Source: a virus | Length of the DNA: 64,000 bases | Reading direction: 5' to 3' (one strand) | IMG/VR virus record: IMGVR_UViG_3300005329_000012 | Span: 25,544 to 89,543 of that record | Shown: positions 55,898 to 64,000 of the stretch, one piece after another | Numbering within the stretch: the stretch's first letter is position 1 | Layout of the letters: each line of letters starts with the position of its first letter | Translations under genes and position numbers: made by a program | The notes under the pieces: model-generated | What the model saw: only the letters and a program-made list of their open reading frames with translations | Told to the model about the DNA's origin: nothing | Databases searched by the model: none

Positions 55898-56100
55898 TGG
55901 CGAAGAAGATCAACGCGAAGAAGGAGAAGGCCCTCCGCAACGAGGCGTACGCGAAGCAGTTCCGCAAGCGGACGCCCGGCCGGAAGGACCGGGACAAGAA
56001 GCGGCTCGGCGGCCCCTGGGGCAACTGGTGCCGCATCAAGGGGCACCCGCAGAACTGCGGTTGCGTGTACGGCGTAGGGACTGGTAGCTCAGCTGGTTAG
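55898..56100 (+). CDS. Small basic protein with C-x4-H-x3-C-x-C tail
   Basis: TACACT -10 just upstream of ATG; MAKKINAKKEKALRNEAYAKQFRKR...; 3' end overlaps tRNA-Ile. Confidence 0.6.
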
Positions 56101-56151
56101 AGTGGCGCTCTGATAAGGCGCAGGTCGGTGGTTCGAGTCCACCCCAGTCCA
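56078..56151 (+). tRNA. tRNA-Ile(GAT)
   Basis: Cloverleaf, loop CTGATAA. Confidence 0.92.
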
Positions 56152-56252
56152 TCGGAAGGTAGCTCAGACCCCATGCGAGCGCAATGGCGTGTCGCGGAGA
56201 GCTGGCCCTAACGGGTCGAGACGGCGCGGTGGGAGGCGCCCCTTCCGTACAG

Positions 56253-56323
56253 GGCGACGTGGCCGAGCGGTTAGGCGGTTGGCTGCAACCCTTCACACAC
56301 AGGTTCGAGTCCTGTCGTCGCCT
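56253..56323 (+). tRNA. tRNA-Cys(GCA)
   Basis: Cloverleaf, loop CTGCAAC, U73; two U-U pairs in anticodon stem. Confidence 0.8.
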
Positions 56324-56434
56324 CTAGGTGGCCCCTACGCGGCCACCAGTGCCCCACTCTGGCCCACCGAGGGCCGGGGCGGGGAGTTCCATTGCTTCGC
56401 GAGGTCGGCGCCAGAGGCGCCCACTCTCGTGCTC

Positions 56435-56507
56435 GGGCCGGTAGCTCAGTCGGGAGAGCGACGCACTCGCACTGCGTAGGTCAAGGGTTCGACTCCCTTC
56501 CGGTCCA
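56435..56507 (+). tRNA. tRNA-Ala(CGC)
   Basis: G3:U70, loop CTCGCAC. Confidence 0.92.
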
Positions 56508-56599
56508 CTGCTCCGTCGGGGTACCCGGGTGGTTCCCGGGACTGTCTGAGGAGCGCCCTCTCGGCAGAGGCCGCGTAACCGCGCGGTGTCGGGAGGCCC

Positions 56600-56672
56600 G
56601 GGGCGTTAGCTCAGCTGGGAGAGCATTTGGCTGGCAGCCAAAAGGTCGAGGGTTCAAGTCCCTCACGCTCCA
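56600..56672 (+). tRNA. tRNA-Ala(GGC)
   Basis: G3:U70, loop CTGGCAG. Confidence 0.92.
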
Positions 56673-56818
56673 TGGGTGATCCGGGTTCGAGTCCCGGGCG
56701 CACCTGCCCCGATAGCAGGCCCCGCGAAGGGCCGCAAGCCATGGCTGGCGGGCAAACGTCGGCCCGGTTCGCGCCGGTCCCGGCGGGGAGCGTTGGTGCA
56801 ACGGCAGCACACCCTCAC
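56673..56818 (+). ncRNA. Circularly permuted tRNA-like RNA (T-arm first, D-arm last, no anticodon loop)
   Basis: T-arm 56681-97, 3' acceptor strand 56698-704, then 5' acceptor strand 56787-93 and D-arm GTGC-AACGGCA-GCAC 56796-810. Confidence 0.6.
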
Positions 56819-56906
56819 GGAAGGGCTAGCCGACAGTCGGCGACGGCACCCGGTTGCTAACCGGACGAGGCGCAAGCCCTTGAGGGATCATCCCCCTCCC
56901 CTTCCG
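56819..56906 (+). tRNA. tRNA-Ser(GCT), atypical
   Basis: Type II cloverleaf, loop TTGCTAA, T-loop ATCATCC. Confidence 0.78.
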
Positions 56907-56957
56907 CTCGTTTCGACCGCCCCTACCCCGGGTACAATCACGGGGGAGGAGGCAAAC

Positions 56958-57128
56958 ATGGGAGTGATCGGAGTCATCCTGCGCGTGGTCGCGTTCGTGC
57001 TGTTCGTCGTGGCGGGGGTCAACGAGACCCTGCTCAACCAGCCGCCCGCCGACCTCGTCGCATTCGGCCTGGCCGCCTGGGTCCTCGCCGTCCTGCTGGA
57101 CGGCGTCGACGTCGGCCGCCTCGGCTGA
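56958..57128 (+). CDS. Small two-TM membrane protein
   Basis: TACAAT -10 at 56933, GGAGGAGG SD, two hydrophobic helices. Confidence 0.75.
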   Translation: MGVIGVILRVVAFVLFVVAGVNETLLNQPPADLVAFGLAAWVLAVLLDGVDVGRLG

Positions 57129-57159
57129 GACACGGACTGGCCGCCCCTAGCGGCCACAC

Positions 57160-57248
57160 GGAAGGGCAAGCCGACGGTTGGCTGACGGCACCGGATTCGA
57201 AACCCGGCGAGGCGAGAGCCCTTGTGAGTTCGATCCTCACTCCTTCCG
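57160..57248 (+). tRNA. tRNA-Ser(CGA)
   Basis: Type II cloverleaf, loop TTCGAAA. Confidence 0.82.
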
Positions 57249-57253
57249 CTCAC

Positions 57254-57342
57254 GGAGAGGCAACCCGACGGCTGGCGACGGGACCCGCTTGGAAAGCGGA
57301 CGAGCCTTTGCGGCCTTGCGGGATCGTTCCCCGCCTTCTCCG
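57254..57342 (+). tRNA. tRNA-Ser(GGA)
   Basis: Type II cloverleaf, loop TTGGAAA. Confidence 0.82.
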
Positions 57343-57356
57343 CTCGCGTAAGGGGT

Positions 57357-57470
57357 GTGAGGATCATCCCGACGCAGAAGGGTCCCGACCGGGACCTGGC
57401 AATCCTCCTCTGGACCACGGTCGCCGTCCTGGCGACGGTGATCTTCGTCGCGTACCACGCATTCCACTGA
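57357..57470 (+). CDS. 37-aa single-TM peptide
   Basis: GTG after CGTAAGGGGT motif; MRIIPTQKGPDRDLAILLWTTVAVLATVIFVAYHAFH; stop abuts tRNA-Tyr. Confidence 0.5.
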   Translation: MRIIPTQKGPDRDLAILLWTTVAVLATVIFVAYHAFH

Positions 57471-57550
57471 GCCGACGCTGGGGCTGGGACCCCGACCTGG
57501 CTGTAAACCAGGCGTCTCGTACTAGGCAGGTTCGATTCCTGACGGCGGCA
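57471..57550 (+). tRNA. tRNA-Tyr(GTA), divergent
   Basis: CCTGG-CTGTAAA-CCAGG anticodon arm, T-arm, acceptor with one mismatch. Confidence 0.75.
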
Positions 57551-57613
57551 TCACGCCCCGCGCCAAACACCCTGAGCTATCTGTGCCCCCTCCCGGGCAG
57601 CTACACTTCGTCC

Positions 57614-57913
57614 GTGAGCCAAGTCACGCCGGTCCACGACCCCACCCTCGTCCTCAGCGCGCCGCTCCCGAGCTACGGGTTCGACGCCGCGATGGCGGGC
57701 GACGCGGCCTACGAGGCGAGCCCGCTCCCGGGCGACTTCCACACCCACCGCGACGAGCGCGGCCTCGCGGTCCGCTGCTACCACACGTGCCGGTCGGCCG
57801 TCCTCAGCTGGCAGCTGTGGCTCGGCTTCACCCTGAGCTTCCCGTTCGAGCACGCGCTCTGGGAGAAGGTGCCGCCGTTCAACCTCATCGCCCAGAGGCT
57901 CGGGCTGCTCTGA
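57614..57913 (+). CDS. Hypothetical protein
   Basis: TACACT-N6-GTG leaderless start; coupled to the next gene. Confidence 0.6.
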   Translation: MSQVTPVHDPTLVLSAPLPSYGFDAAMAGDAAYEASPLPGDFHTHRDERGLAVRCYHTCRSAVLSWQLWLGFTLSFPFEHALWEKVPPFNLIAQRLGLL

Positions 57914-58254
57914 TGGGGATGTTCGACTGGGTCCAGTGCGACGCGCCCCTGCCTGACGGCTGGGAGCCGCACCGCGGCCTCTACAGCGACTTCAGCGACG
58001 GCGGCTTCCAGACCAAGAGCTTCGAGTGCCTCCTGCTCACGTTTACGATCACGGCCGAGGGCCGCCTGACCGTCCAAGGCTACGGTGGCGCGCGCGAGGA
58101 GTACGAGCCCGAGGGCGTGCCCTACTCCGGGACGTTCGTCTTCTACGGGACGGATGACCACACGGACGGCGGACGCTGGCACGAGTACGCCGCCGAGTTC
58201 CAGGGCGGCCAGCTCCAGGGGATCGTGGCGCATGACCGCAGTGGCGGCGCCTGA
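57913..58254 (+). CDS. Conserved phage hypothetical protein (MGMFD...FQTK...)
   Basis: TGATG coupling; MGMFDWVQC...FQTKSFEC...WHEYAAEF. Confidence 0.7.
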   Translation: MGMFDWVQCDAPLPDGWEPHRGLYSDFSDGGFQTKSFECLLLTFTITAEGRLTVQGYGGAREEYEPEGVPYSGTFVFYGTDDHTDGGRWHEYAAEFQGGQLQGIVAHDRSGGA

Positions 58255-59968
58255 CGTCCGCGTCGAGAGCGGCCTCGAAGGGCGCCTCGACCGCGCCGGG
58301 AACCCGCTCAGGCTGACCAACGGCTTCCTGCCCTTCCAGTGGGAGGGCGTCCAGCACATCGCCGCCATGGACCGCGCGGCGTACATGCGCTGGGACACCG
58401 GCACCGGCAAGACCCTGGCGGCCGAGGCCGCCATCCTCCTCAAGCGCCAGGAGGGCTTCCAGCTGACGCTCTACGTCGTCCGGCCGAACCACCTGGAGGG
58501 CGCCCGGCGCAAGCTGCGGCAGCACACCGGCATCGAGGCCCACATGCTCACCGGCACGGCGAAGCAGCGCCAGAGGGTCTTCCTGGAGGTCGACGACGCC
58601 GTGTACGAGCGCGAGCAGCCGGTCCTCATCTTCAACCCCGAGAAGCTCAGCACCGACACGGAGAACTTCAAGGAGCTGATCGAGGGCCGCTCCGTCCTGC
58701 TGATCCTGGACGAGGCCCAGAAGCGGTTCGGCAACCGGGCCACCAAGCTGTACCGGAACGCCTGCGAGGTCCTGTACACGAGCAAGACCGACCGCGGCAT
58801 CCACTACCCGCGCGGCGGCTACGAGCGGCCGAGCCACATGTTCGCCGTGGCCCTGAGCGCGACGCCGATCACGAAGTCGCCGGACAACCTGTTCAACACC
58901 GTCCGGCTCATCTACCCCGGCCTGCTGGGCTCGGTCCAGGACTTCAACAACAAGTACGCCGGGCCGCGCAACCGCTGGAACGAGGTCGTCTACTGGAAGA
59001 ACCTCGACCTCCTCGCCGAGGAGGTCGCGCCGATCGTCCACCAGGCGAGCAAGAGCGACCCGGAGATCGCGGCCCAGTTCCCAGAGGTCATGGAGGAGAC
59101 GGCCTTCTGCGCCATGGACGACGCGACGTCGCGCCTTTACGAGAGGCTCCAGCGCGAGTACAGCAACATCGGCGCCGCCTCCCTGCTGTCCTACGACGAG
59201 GTCCTCGCCGCGATCAACTGCCTCCAGCAGCTCGTCTCCAACCCGAAGGCCGTCCTGCACTCCGCGATGGAGCGCGACGCCTACGAGCTGGAGCTGGAGC
59301 GGTTCCTGGAGGAGCCGCGGAAGGCGGCCGAGATACGCGAGTTCGAGAAGAAGCACAAGCGAGGCTCGGACGTGGCGCTCAAGCTGCGCGCGCTCGTGGA
59401 CAACGACTTCGCCTTCACGGATGGCAACAAGAAGGGCGAGGCGACCAACGGGAAGCTCGTCGTCCTCCGGGAGTACCTGGAGGAGCACGACGGCAAGGCG
59501 GTCGTGTTCTGCTCCGAGGTCGTGATGCAGGAGATCATCAGCCAGTGGCTCACCACCTGGGGCGTCCGGCACGTCCTCTACCGCGGCGGCATGACGCCCA
59601 AGAGCGGCCAGTGGGCGATCGACCACTTTCGCACCGACCCCGACTGCAAGGTCTTCCTCTCGACGGACGCGGGCCAGGACTCGATCGACCTCCCGGAGGC
59701 CAGCCTGACCATCCACTACGACTACCCGATGGACTGGTCGTGGTCGGCGTGGCTCCAGCGCGGCAATCGGCAGCACCGCATCGACTCGGAGCAGGACTCC
59801 GTGCGCGTCGTGACGCTCACGGTCCCCGGCACGGTCGAGGACCGGAAGGCCGAGGTCGTCGCCAAGAAGAAGGGCTACCACGACGCGATCTTCGACGGCG
59901 CCGAGGCGCCCGAGGAGGAGATGGAGCCGACGGACTACCTGTACGTGCTGACGGGGCAGGAAAGCTAG
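58232..59968 (+). CDS. SNF2-family (SF2) helicase/ATPase
   Basis: DTGTGKT, ILDEAQ, LSATP, QRGNRQHRI motifs. Confidence 0.9.
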   Translation: MTAVAAPDVRVESGLEGRLDRAGNPLRLTNGFLPFQWEGVQHIAAMDRAAYMRWDTGTGKTLAAEAAILLKRQEGFQLTLYVVRPNHLEGARRKLRQHTGIEAHMLTGTAKQRQRVFLEVDDAVYEREQPVLIFNPEKLSTDTENFKELIEGRSVLLILDEAQKRFGNRATKLYRNACEVLYTSKTDRGIHYPRGGYERPSHMFAVALSATPITKSPDNLFNTVRLIYPGLLGSVQDFNNKYAGPRNRWNEVVYWKNLDLLAEEVAPIVHQASKSDPEIAAQFPEVMEETAFCAMDDATSRLYERLQREYSNIGAASLLSYDEVLAAINCLQQLVSNPKAVLHSAMERDAYELELERFLEEPRKAAEIREFEKKHKRGSDVALKLRALVDNDFAFTDGNKKGEATNGKLVVLREYLEEHDGKAVVFCSEVVMQEIISQWLTTWGVRHVLYRGGMTPKSGQWAIDHFRTDPDCKVFLSTDAGQDSIDLPEASLTIHYDYPMDWSWSAWLQRGNRQHRIDSEQDSVRVVTLTVPGTVEDRKAEVVAKKKGYHDAIFDGAEAPEEEMEPTDYLYVLTGQES

Positions 59969-59990
59969 CCCCCGCGCGCCGTAAAGTTCG

Positions 59991-62093
59991 ATGCACTCCG
60001 AGCGGTTCCAGGTAAACAGCCCGGTCGGGCTCCACGGCGGCCCCATGAGCGGGCTGATGAAGGTCCCGGTCATGATCAACGGCCAGCCGGTCAACCGGGA
60101 GACCGCCGACCAGCTGTACGGCCTCGGCCGCGACGAGCCGATCCACGTCTCGGCCGACACGGGCAACCCCCAGCTCGACCGCGACGTCGTGCACCTGGCG
60201 CAGGGCGTCATCAACCTGGAGCGCGACCCGTGGCCCGGCAACCGGGAGCCGATCCCGCCCGAGCACGTGAACCTCTGGGCCAACTTCGCCAGGAGCGCCC
60301 CGACGTTCGGCCTCGGCATCCCGCAGGAGGGGCCGAACCAGATCGACCCGGCGAAGATCGAGGCGCTCACCAGGAAGTACCTCCCGCAGGAGGGCGCCGC
60401 GCCCACCACCAGCAAGACCGAGAAAAGCTCTGCCCGCGAGCCGGTAAACGGTGAGATGACCGCCCGACTGAGCAAGTGGCACGTCGTCGCGCTCGGCGAG
60501 ATGCAGCAGCCCGGCGGCGTCGGCGCGGCCGACTACAACCCCGTGCTCGACGGCGCCAACCCCGACGACCCGCCGCAGTCCGACACGTCGCAGAACAGCT
60601 TCGAGCAGGACGTGGCCCTGGAGACCTGGGTCAACGCGGCCGTGGACATGCTCAACCGCGGCGAGCCCGAGGAGGCCATCCTCGCGCAGCTCGCGCACGA
60701 CGGCTGCCCGAACCCGCAGGAGATCCTCCAGCGCGCCCAGGAGCAGCCGCTCGGCGAGGAGAAGCCGATCAGCGACGAGATCGGCCAGGATCCGTTCAAC
60801 GCCCCGCCGTCGGCCGACGCGCCGTCCGGCCAGATGGAGAGCGTCAGCCAGCAGCCGCCCGTCCTCGGCTCGATGGTCAAGGAGGCACCCGGCAAGGAGC
60901 ACATGAAGGGCGTCTCGGACAAGCGCAACCGCCAGTACGAGCACGTGCTGGAGAGCTGCAAGGAGTCGCACCCCGAGTGGGACGAGGACCGCTGCAAGGA
61001 GTACGCCGCGCGCACCGTCAACAAGACGCGCAGCGAGAAGGGCGAGACCAAGTCCGCCGCGGGCTACTGGGAGCAGCAGGGCGTCGAGACGTCCGGCGCC
61101 CCGGAGGTCGGCGACACCTACACCTTCCAGCCCGAGGGCACGACCCTCTACGTCCAGGCGGTCACGCCGGACGGCGTCTCCGTGACGGAGAGCGGCATGG
61201 ACCCGCAGGAGGCCAAGCACCTGAGCATGGAGGAGTTCCTCGGCATGGTCGGCGAGGGCACCCTCATCAAGGACGAGGGGCCGCTCGACCCCGACACCGA
61301 CATCACCAACCCCGACTACCCGCTGTTCGAGGCCGGGGACACGGGCAGCGGCGGCGCCGGAGGGCGCTTCGCCCAGAAGGTACGCATCGCCAACACGAGC
61401 ATGACAGGAACCGTGATCGACCGCTACGAGGACACCTGGGGTCAGGGCCTCGTCATGGTCGCGCTGGACGACGGGGGCACAGTCACCGTCGCGCCGACCG
61501 CGGTCGAGGAGGTAGACGCCGAGAGCGCGCCTCACCCCGTCTCGCAGATCCAGGAGTTCATCGACAGCATGGAGCCCGTGCAGCCGACCCGGCCGCACAT
61601 CGAGGCCCGCATCGCCAACCTACGGCTCGTCCGCAAGGCGTGCCAGAGCGCGGTCAGCAGGCTCGGCTTCAGCGACCAGGTCAAGGTCGCGTCGATCGAC
61701 TCGGACGCGCAGGCGGAAATCGCAGCCCTGGAGGACTTCTTGGGCGCGGTCGCTTCGCAGTCTGACGTCGCCTACCTGAGCGGGCTCCAGACATACCGCA
61801 CCCACGGCCTGGAGCTGCCCGGCGTGAAGCGCGCCTCGCTCCAGGGAACTTTCGCCGCCGAGCAGCCCGCCATCTTCGTGGCAGAGCTGGACGAGGCGGT
61901 TTCGCGCGACCCCGAGGCGACTGCCTACGCAGCCGCCCGGCACGCGCAGGCAAACAACCTGAACATCCCCGAGTTCGTCGCCGCCGCGGAGGACCACCGC
62001 AAGGTGCGCACCGAGGAGTTCGCGGACGTGGAGCACACCACGACCGAGCCCGAAATCGACGCCGAGGGACCGGCAGAGCAGCTGTTCGTCTAG
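59991..62093 (+). CDS. Large acidic head-region protein (start may be 60045)
   Basis: ORF track; upstream of portal; internal KRNRQYEHV...AARTVNK module. Confidence 0.65.
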   Translation: MHSERFQVNSPVGLHGGPMSGLMKVPVMINGQPVNRETADQLYGLGRDEPIHVSADTGNPQLDRDVVHLAQGVINLERDPWPGNREPIPPEHVNLWANFARSAPTFGLGIPQEGPNQIDPAKIEALTRKYLPQEGAAPTTSKTEKSSAREPVNGEMTARLSKWHVVALGEMQQPGGVGAADYNPVLDGANPDDPPQSDTSQNSFEQDVALETWVNAAVDMLNRGEPEEAILAQLAHDGCPNPQEILQRAQEQPLGEEKPISDEIGQDPFNAPPSADAPSGQMESVSQQPPVLGSMVKEAPGKEHMKGVSDKRNRQYEHVLESCKESHPEWDEDRCKEYAARTVNKTRSEKGETKSAAGYWEQQGVETSGAPEVGDTYTFQPEGTTLYVQAVTPDGVSVTESGMDPQEAKHLSMEEFLGMVGEGTLIKDEGPLDPDTDITNPDYPLFEAGDTGSGGAGGRFAQKVRIANTSMTGTVIDRYEDTWGQGLVMVALDDGGTVTVAPTAVEEVDAESAPHPVSQIQEFIDSMEPVQPTRPHIEARIANLRLVRKACQSAVSRLGFSDQVKVASIDSDAQAEIAALEDFLGAVASQSDVAYLSGLQTYRTHGLELPGVKRASLQGTFAAEQPAIFVAELDEAVSRDPEATAYAAARHAQANNLNIPEFVAAAEDHRKVRTEEFADVEHTTTEPEIDAEGPAEQLFV

Positions 62094-62101
62094 GAGGAAC
62101 A

Positions 62102-63049
62102 ATGAGCGTTTTCGAGGTACTCGCAAGCAACGACCAGTCCGCCGCCGACGCCCAGCGCCGGGCCGAGATCGCGGCCCAGGAGCGCGCCAAGGCGCGGTTC
62201 GGGTCGTTCCTCGCCAACGCGGGCGACGACAAGGAGTTCGAGTCGCGGCGCTTCCTCGTCGAGGACGAGGTACGCGCGATCGGCCAGGCCGTCGCGGCCG
62301 AGTACGGCGGCGACGCCGAGCTGGCCATCACCGCCGCCAACGAGGCCCTGGAGGCCCACGTGCTCGCGGCCCACGACGCCGACTGCAAGTGCGGCTTCTG
62401 CGCCAACAAGGGCAAGCTGCCCGGCGCGAAGAAGGACGAGGACAAGGACGACGGCAAGAGCGACGAGAAGAAGGACGGCAACCCGTTCGCGGAGAAGGGC
62501 AAGGACGACGACGACGAGGACGACAAGAAGGAGTCCGCCGTCAAGACCGCCTGCTCCTGCGAGGACGGGTGCGACTGCGGAGGGTGCGGCGCCGACTGCG
62601 AGCACTCGAAGAAGACCGCGCGCTGGTCCGTCGTCGCGGCCGGGGCCACCCTGGAAGACGTCGACCACTACCAGACCGAGCGCGTCGACGTGCAGGGCAC
62701 CGAAGGCCCGGTCCCGAAGATCGACAAGTCCAAGAGCGGAGACGTGGACGGCTGGACCACCGAGCCGATCGACGTCGGCTCCGTCCGGCACCGCAACGTG
62801 GGTCAGGACGCCGAGGGCATCGACCACTGGAAGGCCGAGCAGCCCGAGGGCGAGGACGGCCCGGTCGTGCTGGTCAACAAGGACATCAACGCCGACCCCT
62901 TCGCCGACAGTGGCCCGCTCCTCAAGAGCGTGGACGCCGACTCCCCGATCGGCTCCGAGGAGACCGGCACCGCCGACTCCTGGAGCGGGACGGAGCGCCA
63001 GGCGGACCCCGTCACGAGCCGCTACCACATCATCGCGACTGAGGACTAG
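62102..63049 (+). CDS. Acidic head-region protein (scaffold-like?)
   Basis: AGGAGG SD; charged low-complexity linker and Cys cluster. Confidence 0.6.
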   Translation: MSVFEVLASNDQSAADAQRRAEIAAQERAKARFGSFLANAGDDKEFESRRFLVEDEVRAIGQAVAAEYGGDAELAITAANEALEAHVLAAHDADCKCGFCANKGKLPGAKKDEDKDDGKSDEKKDGNPFAEKGKDDDDEDDKKESAVKTACSCEDGCDCGGCGADCEHSKKTARWSVVAAGATLEDVDHYQTERVDVQGTEGPVPKIDKSKSGDVDGWTTEPIDVGSVRHRNVGQDAEGIDHWKAEQPEGEDGPVVLVNKDINADPFADSGPLLKSVDADSPIGSEETGTADSWSGTERQADPVTSRYHIIATED

Positions 63050-63060
63050 GGAGTGCAGGC

Positions 63061-63483
63061 TTGGGGGCTGAGTCGCGCCGAAAGCGGGACGCCCTCTCGC
63101 CTCGGCACTGTGAGATCCCCGGGTGCTGGTGGCCGCACAAGATCCAGCGTCACCGGATCGTCCGCGGCGAGCACGGGGGCAAGTACAGGCTCGGCAACGT
63201 CATCTCCCTGTGCCCGAACCACCACTGGATGGCGGACCGGGACATGTTCGACGCCGAGTACCTGCTGGAGCTAGTCCGACTACGAATAGAAGACGATGGC
63301 CGACGACCTGAACAAGACGATCCAGAACCTGCGGAAGCAGGGCGTCGTCCTGCCCCGGAACCCGAGCAGGGCGATGGAGACGGCCAGGTCGATGGCGAAG
63401 CAGGCGACGACCCCGGGCTCGCTCCAGAAGGACGTCGCCGGGATCGACGCGCTGGACAGGTGGTCGAGCCGACAGGGGGGTGA
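63061..63483 (+). CDS. HNH endonuclease
   Basis: CEIPGC...HRIV...GG...GNVISLCPNHH. Confidence 0.75.
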   Translation: MGAESRRKRDALSPRHCEIPGCWWPHKIQRHRIVRGEHGGKYRLGNVISLCPNHHWMADRDMFDAEYLLELVRLRIEDDGRRPEQDDPEPAEAGRRPAPEPEQGDGDGQVDGEAGDDPGLAPEGRRRDRRAGQVVEPTGG

Positions 63484-64000
63484 GGACAGCCCCGAGGTCG
63501 CCTCCATCCGCAAGAACAACGCGGCGCTGATGAGCGCCATGGGCCAGTCCCGCCGCATCGGCTCCATGCAGCGCACCGCCTCGTCGCAGGACGTGGCGAT
63601 CGCCATCCCGCGCTTCTACGACCCGCTGGAGTACTGGGACCTCTCGGGCCTGCCGTGGAACATGGCGGACGAGGGCCACCGCCACAAGCTGCACAAGTGG
63701 CTCCGGCTCTACTACGCGACCCACTGGCTCGTCCCGATCCTCATCGACATCTTCACGCGCTTCCCGCTCATCGGCATCCACATGTACTCGAAGGACCGGA
63801 AGATCACCGAGTTCTACGAGGACCTGTTCCTGAACGAGCTGAAGTACGAGGACTTCCTCGTCAACATGGGGCGCGAGTACTGGACCGTCGGCGAGGCGTT
63901 CCCGCTCGGCTCGTTCAACGAGTCCCTGGGCGTCTGGGAGCGCGAGGAGCTGCTCAACCCCGAGGACATCATCATCGAGAACTTCCCGCTGCTCGGCACG
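63296..64000 (+). CDS. Portal protein (5' part; runs off window)
   Basis: Open from ATG 63296: ...WLRLYYATHWLVPILIDIFTRFPL...REYWTVGEAFP...LLNPEDI, resembling portal N-termini; absent from the track (no stop). Confidence 0.7.
   Translation, partial: MADDLNKTIQNLRKQGVVLPRNPSRAMETARSMAKQATTPGSLQKDVAGIDALDRWSSRQGGEDSPEVASIRKNNAALMSAMGQSRRIGSMQRTASSQDVAIAIPRFYDPLEYWDLSGLPWNMADEGHRHKLHKWLRLYYATHWLVPILIDIFTRFPLIGIHMYSKDRKITEFYEDLFLNELKYEDFLVNMGREYWTVGEAFPLGSFNESLGVWEREELLNPEDIIIENFPLLGT

Overview
A 64 kb segment of a large, high-GC tailed phage with a contractile tail (myovirus). Gene order and content recall large actinobacterial myoviruses such as mycobacteriophage cluster C; this is inferred from gene content, not from a search. 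From left to right: a divergent hypothetical gene; a neck/tail/baseplate operon (sheath, tube, frameshifting chaperone, tape measure, NlpC/P60 tail protein, hub, spike, wedge, baseplate J); nucleotide metabolism (thioredoxin, class II RNR); a holin-like gene; a replication/recombination block (phosphoesterase, DnaC-like loader, DnaB, primase, SSB, DnaE, RecA, resolvase, Cas4-like, EndoVII, sigma-like HTH); the terminase; an ~8 kb RNA array; a SNF2-like helicase; head-region genes; an HNH; and the start of the portal. The RNA array (49.6-57.6 kb) is the most striking part. It holds 36 tRNAs covering all 20 amino acids and a tmRNA with a 29-codon tag. Its spacers also hold a minimal RNase P RNA, an isolated SRP helix-8 hairpin, a ~290-nt RNA that reproduces the 23S rRNA uL11-binding (GTPase-associated) domain around a large insertion, a circularly permuted anticodon-less tRNA-like RNA, and several tRNA-elbow mimics. 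Together these look like a phage-encoded set of miniature mimics of the host translation RNAs. All RNA structures were paired by eye and need confirmation with covariance models.
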